From a virus: a stretch of DNA of 64,000 nt. The notes under the pieces were generated by a model. That model searched no databases and had not been told where the DNA came from. It saw only the letters and a program-made list of their open reading frames with translations. The translations under genes and the position numbers were made by a program. Positions 39,349 through 47,589 of the stretch are shown piece by piece (position 1 is the first letter of the stretch; every line of letters starts with the position of its first letter). The stretch is from positions 1-64,000 of IMG/VR virus record IMGVR_UViG_3300043409_001033; one strand, given 5' to 3'.

Positions 39349-39904
39349 TTTTAATCTTAGTTTGCAATTCACCAATTTCATTATCAAGTTCAGAAATTCT
39401 ATTCTTGATTAAGTCAATTTTTTGGTTAGCAGTTTCGTCTAACATCTTGTCTTTCTTTAGTAACATATAACCTTCTAATTGCTTATTGATACCATTTCTT
39501 GTATTGATAAGATTTTCTAATTGAGATTTTCTTGAAATCAATAAATCTTTTGAAAATTCTTTAATTAGTTTATTTGCATTTCTAATAGCAGTTCCTTCTT
39601 TCTTCACAATATAACGAATACTGTCTAAAGAAAGTTCCCCATTTTGTTGTTTTAATAATAAATCTGGAATATTTGTTTTTATTACAATATTTTCATGGGT
39701 AGATTGTTCGTCGGGAGCTTTAATAACATAAATCTCACCGATTTCATCTTTATCTCTAAGATGATTTCCCATTGATTCGTTTCTATTTATCAAATCAGAT
39801 TGAATATCCATTGATTCATCTTCTTTGATAAGGTTTAATGTTTGTAATTTTTGGAGAACTATTGGAAATAACTTCTCTAATAAAATTTTTTTATCCGTGT
39901 CCAT
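39332..39904 (-). CDS. hypothetical protein, possible internal head protein
   Basis: 190 aa; LLE and LIKE sites in the N-terminus; coiled-coil C-terminus. Confidence 0.7.
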   Translation of the reverse strand: MDTDKKILLEKLFPIVLQKLQTLNLIKEDESMDIQSDLINRNESMGNHLRDKDEIGEIYVIKAPDEQSTHENIVIKTNIPDLLLKQQNGELSLDSIRYIVKKEGTAIRNANKLIKEFSKDLLISRKSQLENLINTRNGINKQLEGYMLLKKDKMLDETANQKIDLIKNRISELDNEIGELQTKIKNAKSK

Positions 39905-39907
39905 TGT

Positions 39908-40576
39908 TTATTTGTTTTTTAATAAATAATTTACTAATATACCTCCGATAGCACCAACGTCGCCTAAGATATACTCTAATTGTTGTCTTTCTAATTCTTT
40001 GTGATGAGTAATAAATTCAATGCCTAATATTCCTAACAATTTATCGTCAATAGAATAAATAGGAAATGAATACATTGTTTTGATGGGATAAATATTAATC
40101 AGAGCATCCATGTCGTATTTTGGCGAATCTGCATTTTGGAAGTCTATAAATAAAAATGTGTTTTTTACTATTTCAGAAATGTATCTATAATATAAATGAA
40201 TAGGAATATTTTGATACATTTCTTGAGTTTTGACAATACCTACATCGGCAGATTCAAATTTCATACTAAACTTTTGCATAGATTTAGCATTGTATAAATA
40301 ATTTGAACCGTTATGAAATTGTTCTATCCAAATTTTATCACAATTGACACTATTCTTTATTGAATCTAATTTATCATATACAATTTTACAGGCTTCAAGT
40401 TCCAGTAGAACAGCATCTTTAGTAGTGTCTTCTTTTTTACCAAATAGTTTTTTTGCGTGTTCAGTGACGTAGGGTGCAATTACATACGTCAATATTGCGA
40501 TAAAAATAGAAACTAAAGTAGTCAATATTGTTGAAAATTGAATATCGGTTAATAATAGTATAAATAGATATGTCAC
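39908..40576 (-). CDS. putative holin, T4 T-like (N-terminal TM segment + GAF-like domain)
   Basis: Hydrophobic aa 3-35, then IEQFHNG and YSFPIYSIDDKLLGILGIEF (GAF-like strands). GTG start with a late motif at 40595-40604. Confidence 0.55.
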   Translation of the reverse strand: MTYLFILLLTDIQFSTILTTLVSIFIAILTYVIAPYVTEHAKKLFGKKEDTTKDAVLLELEACKIVYDKLDSIKNSVNCDKIWIEQFHNGSNYLYNAKSMQKFSMKFESADVGIVKTQEMYQNIPIHLYYRYISEIVKNTFLFIDFQNADSPKYDMDALINIYPIKTMYSFPIYSIDDKLLGILGIEFITHHKELERQQLEYILGDVGAIGGILVNYLLKNK

Positions 40577-40594
40577 AACTTAATATATTTTTAC

Positions 40595-40604
40595 TTATAA
40601 ATAT
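40595..40604 (-). promoter_or_regulatory. late-promoter-like motif ATATTTATAA
   Basis: Exact 10-mer 18 nt upstream of GTG 40576. Confidence 0.65.
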
Positions 40605-40606
40605 AG

Positions 40607-41155
40607 TTATTTCATTAAATTGTCTAATATATTCATTTTTTGGTCAACTAATTTACTAACTTGGTCATCATCGAGTATATTTTCGATGGTTTCTGTTACT
40701 ACTCCATCTTCATTGAATATTTTTCTTGGTTTAGAATTTGATAAATATTCTTTGTACTCATCTTTCAAAGAACGTTTCATTGCTTCTATACTTTTATTTA
40801 TTTGGTATTTTTCCCATTCTTCGTAAAGTCCACTAATTTTCAATTGTGTTTCAAATTTTAATTGACATGAAAAACAATGATTGTATAATTTATACATTCT
40901 TTCATCCATCGGGTCACGCATTTTACACTTACAAGATGGACAAAAGTTTGGTGTTAATACACTTGATTTTAATGAATCAAATTTAGAAATTGATTTTACT
41001 ACTCCATCTTTAAAAATCCATTGTTTTCCATTTTCTTCCCATGTTTCCCCTTCTTTTCGAGTAGATTTTTTTGGTTCGGCATTAAATACTTTTAATGATG
41101 TATCTTCCAATCTTCCTAAAAGTCTGTTACTTATTAATTGTTCTTCTTTTGTCAT
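40607..41155 (-). CDS. hypothetical zinc-binding protein
   Basis: RKEGETWEENGKQW; CPSC...CFSC. Confidence 0.7.
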   Translation of the reverse strand: MTKEEQLISNRLLGRLEDTSLKVFNAEPKKSTRKEGETWEENGKQWIFKDGVVKSISKFDSLKSSVLTPNFCPSCKCKMRDPMDERMYKLYNHCFSCQLKFETQLKISGLYEEWEKYQINKSIEAMKRSLKDEYKEYLSNSKPRKIFNEDGVVTETIENILDDDQVSKLVDQKMNILDNLMK

Positions 41156-41177
41156 CTTATTTTATAATTTTTATATT

Positions 41178-43154
41178 TTAGCAATTCCAAGCTCTTCTCG
41201 ACCAATAATTAGCTTTAGTTCTATCTTTTCCACCACCTTTAATTCCTTTTGAGCGTGAACAGTATGATTTCTTTCTATCGGGATTATTTTTCTTTATATT
41301 ATAATCTTTTGAACCAAAATTTACTTTAACCACTCTTCCATCTTTACCTTTGACATAAACTTTAAACTTTTTAACATCTCCTCTCATTGGTTTGTTTAGT
41401 GGAACTTTTTTACCTTTGTATTCTGCTTCGGATATTAATTGTCCATTTTGTTGAATACCTTTTAACCAGTCTACTGTTTTATCAAAATCACTATCTGGAA
41501 CATCGTATTCTTCGCAATCACATTCGTTTAATGATGCGTTTGATTTGTCAAATGAACTCATGTATTCTTTTATAGCGTTTAATGCTTGATTTGGTAAATT
41601 TAGATGAGACAACTTAATTCCAAACATATTTGTTATGTTAAAATTATCCGCTGTCCAAATGCTATATTTATTGGAATAAAACCTTATATTGAGTTTACTG
41701 AAATCGAATAGTTTTGTTATTATGCTTATAGCATCTTTTATTTCATTGTCTTGTAGTTCGGCATCTTCGTCATATAACATTGCATTATATATTCTAACGA
41801 ATAATTGAGAGAATCTGTCACCTTCATCTGATAACTCTTCAAAATGTTCTATTTCATCGTCAGTGTATTTTTCAACAGGTTGTTTGTCAATTATTATTAT
41901 ATATTTCTTATTTAAAGATACGGATGCGTCGTACATTTTAGATGAACTTGGAGTAGATACGCACCATTTACTGTTTGCTCCATATTTACAAGATGCTTTG
42001 TGACTCAATGGTGATACGATTGTATACCGTGAATCTCTATAAATATTTACTCTTTCAGATGACTTGACACTACCTTCGTCTAATTTATATTCTTTACTAT
42101 TTTCGCAATCACATTCCATTAACGGTCTGTCTACATTATATGGTTCAATATATACTACTTCTCCATTTGATTTAGAGTATTTGAAAATATCACTTTTAAA
42201 AGTAATTGGTTCTTTTAATCTTTTAACATATTTTTTACCCATGCCTTTTTTTACATAGGCAATTGTAGCATGAGGTTGATATGATGGATATTTATCACTA
42301 TTTTCAAAATTTTTCTTAAAATAATTATGTAGTTTATGTAAAACGGGGGATTCTACATTAAATTTAACTACATCAAACTTATCATTTTCAAATAAATCAA
42401 TCTTAGTAAACGTAACTTCAATTGGATTTTTTAATTTTTGTAAAAGTTGTTCGATTTTATCTACATCGACATTTTCACTAAAACCATATAAAACAGTTAC
42501 ATGAGGTTCATCTTCTTTTCCATAAGAAGAATCATTTTCCTCAGTATATAAATCTTCATCATCTATTTGAGATAAAACATAATTCCATTTTGGAATATCT
42601 AATTGTAACATTAAACAACCAAATTCATGTACTTCTTTCTTTGGTTCATTAGGGTCTATTCCAGTATTTGTCAATAACTCTTTATACATGGTTTTTATCT
42701 CTTCTTCTAATTTTTTATTAATTTCATCTAAATTAGGAATAGAAATATCTCCCGATAAAGTAGGAACAGATTTTTTTGTTGAAATGTATGGTGTCACAAG
42801 TATTTGAGGATTGATTTTTGAATAGTTTCTCATAATAATACCAGCCAAAGAATTTGCTTCATTTTCTATATCAGAACCAGTATCACCAGCGTTGTTATAT
42901 AATTCTTTTTTCTCTAATTGGAAAAAATGTACGATTTCATGGGCTAAACTTCTACAAATATCAGCTAATAATCTATCTTTGACATAAACTACTATTTCAA
43001 TATTTTGTGTATCAAAATGAGCTAAAGTAGAAGTTTGAGATTTATCTTTTGTTAAGATTATTTTTGGTAATCGTTCAACATTAATTTGTTTTATTGTAGA
43101 TAACTCATCAAAAACATATTTTATAAAATCATTAAGAATCTCGTTACAATTCAT
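41178..43154 (-). CDS. multidomain polyprotein: HExxH metallopeptidase-like + 2H phosphoesterase (Acb1/gp57B-like) + SCKYG..KWC domain + basic C-terminal domain
   Basis: AHEIVH (aa 71-76) with downstream ENEAN; PHVTV (217-221) and PHATI (294-298); ASCKYGANSKWC (387-398); KKFKVYVK...VNFG...ANYWS (595-652). Confidence 0.8.
   Translation of the reverse strand: MNCNEILNDFIKYVFDELSTIKQINVERLPKIILTKDKSQTSTLAHFDTQNIEIVVYVKDRLLADICRSLAHEIVHFFQLEKKELYNNAGDTGSDIENEANSLAGIIMRNYSKINPQILVTPYISTKKSVPTLSGDISIPNLDEINKKLEEEIKTMYKELLTNTGIDPNEPKKEVHEFGCLMLQLDIPKWNYVLSQIDDEDLYTEENDSSYGKEDEPHVTVLYGFSENVDVDKIEQLLQKLKNPIEVTFTKIDLFENDKFDVVKFNVESPVLHKLHNYFKKNFENSDKYPSYQPHATIAYVKKGMGKKYVKRLKEPITFKSDIFKYSKSNGEVVYIEPYNVDRPLMECDCENSKEYKLDEGSVKSSERVNIYRDSRYTIVSPLSHKASCKYGANSKWCVSTPSSSKMYDASVSLNKKYIIIIDKQPVEKYTDDEIEHFEELSDEGDRFSQLFVRIYNAMLYDEDAELQDNEIKDAISIITKLFDFSKLNIRFYSNKYSIWTADNFNITNMFGIKLSHLNLPNQALNAIKEYMSSFDKSNASLNECDCEEYDVPDSDFDKTVDWLKGIQQNGQLISEAEYKGKKVPLNKPMRGDVKKFKVYVKGKDGRVVKVNFGSKDYNIKKNNPDRKKSYCSRSKGIKGGGKDRTKANYWSRRAWNC
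41511..42116. repeat. perfect 15-bp direct repeat TTCGCAATCACATTC (encodes ECDCE) flanking one in-frame module
   Basis: Copies at 41511-41525 and 42102-42116, 591 nt (197 codons) apart. Confidence 0.9.
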
Positions 43155-43161
43155 CTTTTGT

Positions 43162-43171
43162 TTATAAATAT
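43162..43171 (-). promoter_or_regulatory. late-promoter-like motif ATATTTATAA
   Basis: Exact 10-mer 7 nt upstream of the polyprotein ATG. Confidence 0.7.
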
Positions 43172-43181
43172 GATTGATAAC

Positions 43182-43207
43182 AAAAAATGCGAACTATGTT
43201 CGCATTT
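43182..43207 (-). terminator. intrinsic terminator
   Basis: AATGCGAAC-ATA-GTTCGCATT followed by TTTT. Confidence 0.85.
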
Positions 43208-43215
43208 AAAAGATT

Positions 43216-43998
43216 TTAACTTAAATATATAAGATTTCCATCATCATCTACAAAACAAATATCTTCCTGATTTTTATAAATAGAATTATACATATCTTTA
43301 TTATCTTTAAATTGTTGATAATGAAATTCACTTATTTCTTCATTTGTCATTGGCGAATTATATATTTCTTCAAACCATTCTCCACTATATAAATCTTTAT
43401 TTGTTTGTTGTTCTCTAAAATATTCTAAATGATATTTTAATTTTTCATTATTTCCAAATTTTGTCAATAAATCATAATAAAGTTTACCATTGTTCAACAT
43501 TAATAAGTTTGCATTTAAACTTTGAATCGTTTCTTTAGTATCATTATACTTTTGATTCATATTTTGAATAACGTCTTCTTTAGCATTTTTTATAAATGAT
43601 TCATTATTAAGATTTGATTTATATTTTTCTAATTGTTTACCTAATCTTAAAATTTCTTTATTTATAGATTCTTCTTGAGATTTCTTATCAATATTTGGTA
43701 GTTCTAAGTAAACATTATATCCTTGAATATTGGTGTATTCAAATAGATTATTTCTTTCAAACATTGGATATAAATTGTAATCAATATTTTGTATATTAAC
43801 ACCATGTAATTTTTCTATACACATAGCATTAGAAACAATATAAACATCATTTAATTCAATATCTTTACCCATCATATCAATAGATAAATTTAAAGGGATA
43901 GATTTGTTTATATTATATTTATTTCTAATATTTCTTACAAATTCAACAATCTTAAACAAAGTATCAAAATTGTAACATAGTATTTCTTGATGGTTCAT
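43216..43998 (-). CDS. stand-alone valyl-tRNA synthetase C-terminal region (tRNA-binding coiled-coil arm) with an unknown C-terminal extension
   Basis: IVEFVRNIRNKYNINKSIPL and KEILRLGKQLEKYKSNLNNESFIKNAKEDVIQ resemble ValRS IRNIR..NI and EI.RL.K...KL.N..FV..AP..VV; no HIGH or KMSKS motif. Confidence 0.8.
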   Translation of the reverse strand: MNHQEILCYNFDTLFKIVEFVRNIRNKYNINKSIPLNLSIDMMGKDIELNDVYIVSNAMCIEKLHGVNIQNIDYNLYPMFERNNLFEYTNIQGYNVYLELPNIDKKSQEESINKEILRLGKQLEKYKSNLNNESFIKNAKEDVIQNMNQKYNDTKETIQSLNANLLMLNNGKLYYDLLTKFGNNEKLKYHLEYFREQQTNKDLYSGEWFEEIYNSPMTNEEISEFHYQQFKDNKDMYNSIYKNQEDICFVDDDGNLIYLS

Positions 43999-44186
43999 TA
44001 ATCTTGATTATTTAAAGTGTCAAAAACTATTTTGCTACATTTTTTACAAACTAAATGATATTGTTTTTGTTCTCTACTCAAAAAAGCATGAGTAATATCT
44101 TGAAATAACCATTTCATAGAAGAATCTTTTCCGCATATTGTTATTTTATCATTAGAAGGATTTTTTATACAATGAATATATTCCAT
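43998..44186 (-). CDS. small Cys/His zinc-binding protein
   Basis: IHC...TICG...CKKC in 62 aa. Confidence 0.65.
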   Translation of the reverse strand: MEYIHCIKNPSNDKITICGKDSSMKWLFQDITHAFLSREQKQYHLVCKKCSKIVFDTLNNQD

Positions 44187-44250
44187 ATTTTTTTATTTTA
44201 TTTATTATCAAAACCAATAAAATTGACAATTAGTTTCAAAATTTAGATAT

Positions 44251-45222
44251 TTATTTCATATTCTTTAATTTGATTCTAAGCAACTCTTTTAGGTTCATTG
44301 GTAGTGTTTGTTGGATTAATTGTTTTACGAGCTTCTTGCCCAATTTAGAGGGGTCTTTGTCCTCCATTTCTACAAGATAAACTCTTTTACCAATGTGCAT
44401 TAAATCAATGGATATTTCTAAAGATAATTTAAAAGCATCTTTATCTAAACAAATGTAAATATCATTAACGTCTTGTTGATAAATTCTTTCAATTAACATT
44501 GGAGACATATTTTTTCCAAAAAGAGGAATAGCATTTTCTCCAATAGCAATTGCATCAAAAGAACCTTCACATAGATATATTGGTTGAGTAAAATCTATTA
44601 GATTTTCAAAGTTAATAATATTTTCATCTATATTTTTTGGTTTAAGATATTTTAATTGTGGATTTTCTTCATCTGATAATAATCTTGCTGTAAAATTTAT
44701 TAACCTATTATCTTTATCATAAGATGGTATGATGATTCTATTTTCATAATATCCTGTTAAACAATATCCAATGTGGTAAGTGTAAATATCTTTTTTTGAT
44801 ATGTTTCTTGATTTAAGATATTGAATAGCGTTTTCTAATTTTGCATTAGATATTTTTCCATATAATGATTTATCAATATCTCCTAAAAATATAAATTCTT
44901 TTGGAAGAGTTAATGTAGGGATTGGTTTTGATTCTTGTGGTTTAGTTGGTAATTGAACATATTTACTTAATGTTTCAATTTTGGAATAATCTACATTTAT
45001 TTTTTTAAATAGATAATGTAAATTATTTCCTTTTAAACCACATGACCAACAATGATAAGGATTTTTTCCTTGTGTAGTGGTTAGAACTATTTCTAACTTT
45101 TTATTACCTAAATTATGGGAAGAACATTTTGGATTGATACATTTGAAAGCATAATTATCATCCGATGTGTGTTTTGAAGAACCTAAGACAGATTCTAATA
45201 AATTTAATAATAATACGTTCAT
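44251..45222 (-). CDS. dnaG: DNA primase (zinc finger + TOPRIM)
   Basis: CINPKC..H..CWSC, YLKSRNI, RIIIP, FTAR, KYLKP, CEGSFDA and CLDKDA. Confidence 0.93.
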   Translation of the reverse strand: MNVLLLNLLESVLGSSKHTSDDNYAFKCINPKCSSHNLGNKKLEIVLTTTQGKNPYHCWSCGLKGNNLHYLFKKINVDYSKIETLSKYVQLPTKPQESKPIPTLTLPKEFIFLGDIDKSLYGKISNAKLENAIQYLKSRNISKKDIYTYHIGYCLTGYYENRIIIPSYDKDNRLINFTARLLSDEENPQLKYLKPKNIDENIINFENLIDFTQPIYLCEGSFDAIAIGENAIPLFGKNMSPMLIERIYQQDVNDIYICLDKDAFKLSLEISIDLMHIGKRVYLVEMEDKDPSKLGKKLVKQLIQQTLPMNLKELLRIKLKNMK

Positions 45223-45239
45223 AAAATTTGATTTGTAAT

Positions 45240-45494
45240 TTAAACTAACTGATAACCTAAGTTATTTTCAAGTTTTTGTTTTATTTTATCTCTATATTCA
45301 GAAATTTTTAAATCTTTTTTGAAAGGTTTCGATATTACCAATACACTCTTTAAAGTTTCATTATTAAAATTTCCATCATAAATACATCTTAAAAAATTTA
45401 TTATTCGTTGAGGTTCATTTTGATTAACCCATCCATATATTTTATCATATATTGTATCAAATTGGATATGCGATTCTTCTTTATAAACGTCCAT
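45240..45494 (-). CDS. hypothetical protein
   Basis: 84-aa ORF overlapping its upstream neighbour. Confidence 0.65.
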   Translation of the reverse strand: MDVYKEESHIQFDTIYDKIYGWVNQNEPQRIINFLRCIYDGNFNNETLKSVLVISKPFKKDLKISEYRDKIKQKLENNLGYQLV

Positions 45495-45897
45495 AATTTT
45501 TAGATTCGTTATCTATATAATTTTTCATTTCTAACAATTTTTTATACACATCGTTTGAATATAAATCACTTGCTATCCTATCAACAACTTCTTCAATCTT
45601 AGGATTATCAATCAAGTCATCTTCATCGGGGTTTAACCCAAACAAATTAAATAGTTTTCTTCTAAAATATTCAATATCTTTTTCACAATTGATTACAGAT
45701 GAATCTTCTAAATTTATTATTTGAACAAGAGATTCGTCTAAAGCATCACACGTTGCAGAATCCGTTATTACAGTGTATTTTTTATACTTCATTGGAATAT
45801 AACGAGATGATGTTTCAATCATTAATTTGGTCTCATTGTCTTCTAATGAAACATATTTTTCAATTGCTTTTTGGTAATCATTATCAGAAACTTTCAT
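45481..45897 (-). CDS. hypothetical protein
   Basis: 138-aa ORF overlapping both neighbours. Confidence 0.65.
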   Translation of the reverse strand: MKVSDNDYQKAIEKYVSLEDNETKLMIETSSRYIPMKYKKYTVITDSATCDALDESLVQIINLEDSSVINCEKDIEYFRRKLFNLFGLNPDEDDLIDNPKIEEVVDRIASDLYSNDVYKKLLEMKNYIDNESKNYGRL

Positions 45898-46351
45898 AAT
45901 TTTTTATTTTACTTGGATAATATCTACCCAAAATGTTATAATTATAATATTTATCTACATTTTCAATGACTCTTTCTTCCATTTGACATCTTAACTCTAA
46001 ATAAGATAAAGTTTGTTTATCTGTTACGGCATATAAGATTTCTCTTTTGAAATTTCCTTTACCCAAAAGTTTAATATCTTCTTTTAGGGTTTCGGAACTT
46101 CCCCAATATTCTTTCCATTTAGATTCGGTTACTACTTTCTTTTTTGTAGGCTTCTTTCCTCTTTTTGGTGGAAGATTTATAAGTTCTTTTTTGGTTAGTT
46201 TTTTATTAACGGTCGAAGTTAATAATTTTTTTCCAATATATTGTTTATTATTTGTTAAATTTGTTATTCTATAAATAAATCCAATATGTTTTGATAAATC
46301 TATTTTTTCGGAATTAATCCAATCGTTGTTTTCCATAATTTTACATATCAA
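45884..46351 (-). CDS. GIY-YIG nuclease-family protein
   Basis: GFIYRITNLTNNKQYIGKK, YWGSS, FKREIL and YYNYNI; the true start may be ATG 46336. Confidence 0.85.
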   Translation of the reverse strand: MICKIMENNDWINSEKIDLSKHIGFIYRITNLTNNKQYIGKKLLTSTVNKKLTKKELINLPPKRGKKPTKKKVVTESKWKEYWGSSETLKEDIKLLGKGNFKREILYAVTDKQTLSYLELRCQMEERVIENVDKYYNYNILGRYYPSKIKNYESF

Positions 46352-46649
46352 ATCTTACTTCAAAGATTGTATCGGTGGTTTTTGATAAAGGGATTGGTTG
46401 ATTTGATTTAGCAATTGCTACTAATTCTTTATTATTATTGTATAGTCCTATTGTTGAAACGTAAGGTTGAAAAGATTCTTCATTAACAAAATCTTTTACT
46501 ATTCCATCTACTGAATTAGGGTTTACTAATAAAGATTTATTTGTAGAGTATAAAAATTCTCTTTCCTTTGCTTTACAACGAACTATTGTTTCAAATACAG
46601 TATGTGAGTTTTTAAACTCAATGCTAAAATTACCAGTGTTAGTTATCAT
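46341..46649 (-). CDS. detached C-terminal baseplate / tail-collar-like domain
   Basis: PYVSTIGLYNNNKELVAIAK...VRFDM is paralogous to the C-terminus of 55157..56170 (TYVTTLGVYTDKMELVGVAK...VKFSW). Confidence 0.75.
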   Translation of the reverse strand: MITNTGNFSIEFKNSHTVFETIVRCKAKEREFLYSTNKSLLVNPNSVDGIVKDFVNEESFQPYVSTIGLYNNNKELVAIAKSNQPIPLSKTTDTIFEVRFDM

Positions 46650-47589
46650 ATCCTAATTTTTTACCAGTTTTTAAAATTTCTTGAACATAGAATTTGGTAT
46701 TAGAATTTTTATCAATTGTGTTTATATCATATTTGTATGGAAAATCATTTCTAAAAGCATCTTTAAAAAATACATTTTTCATTTGTGGTGTTATTCCAGC
46801 ATTATGATATATTTTATATTTATCAACATCGTTTATTCCACAAGCCCAAGAAAATTCTAAATCTTGATGCAATCTTGTATCGAATCCATGTTTCCATGCT
46901 AAATATTGAACTGCTATCATATCCGCTACCCAATATTGAAACTCGTGATAATTTTCTTTTGGTTGATTTGAACAAATAGCCCATTGAGATTTGTAATATT
47001 CAGTTCTATCTTTTAATTTGAATATTTGTTCACTTACTTTTTCTACTTCATTCCAAAATTGATAGTTTGTTCCGTATAAAAAATATTGACAACCTCCTGT
47101 ATATTGCTTATTCCTTCTTACAACTAATGGAGAAACGCCTGTTATTTCGCAAATATCTAATAAAACATCTGTTCCTTTTAATATGACATAATCATAATTC
47201 AAATAAGACCTTGTATCACTAACAAACCAATAGTCACTTTGGTTCATTTGTTCAAAATTTGGTAATCCTTTATAAGTAAAACAAATATCACTATCGTGAT
47301 AAAACATTTTCTCATCTTCTAAATGAGGATTATTTTGAATAAATTTTTTGATGATATGGGGTCTAATCGTAGGTTGATAACTTACATCTAAACGAGTATC
47401 TTCAATTAAAATAATATTTGATTTAAGTTGATTTTTTAATGTTAATAAATCATTACTTGGTATTCCTTTATATCCAAATAAAGCATAAACATTTGATAAA
47501 TCAACACCATTTAATTCAAAATTTGTATGTTGAACTTGTATTTCCCAAATGAATCTTTTATCATCGGGTTGGGCAGATAAATAAATCAT
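46639..47589 (-). CDS. GT-A fold glycosyltransferase, resembling peptide O-glycosyltransferases (GT95/GT96-like)
   Basis: YQPTIRPHIIKKF, FYHDSDICF (DxD), GGCQY, WVADM and IYHNAG. Confidence 0.7.
   Translation of the reverse strand: MIYLSAQPDDKRFIWEIQVQHTNFELNGVDLSNVYALFGYKGIPSNDLLTLKNQLKSNIILIEDTRLDVSYQPTIRPHIIKKFIQNNPHLEDEKMFYHDSDICFTYKGLPNFEQMNQSDYWFVSDTRSYLNYDYVILKGTDVLLDICEITGVSPLVVRRNKQYTGGCQYFLYGTNYQFWNEVEKVSEQIFKLKDRTEYYKSQWAICSNQPKENYHEFQYWVADMIAVQYLAWKHGFDTRLHQDLEFSWACGINDVDKYKIYHNAGITPQMKNVFFKDAFRNDFPYKYDINTIDKNSNTKFYVQEILKTGKKLGYDN

Noticed and set aside
31542-45222. Inteins or introns in terminase, portal or primase
   Set aside because: Lengths are ordinary, with no C...HN splice motifs or LAGLIDADG blocks.
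45884-46351. GIY-YIG gene as a mobile homing endonuclease
   Set aside because: It is the catalytic domain only, with no NUMOD-type DNA-binding tail and no interrupted host gene, so mobility is unsupported.
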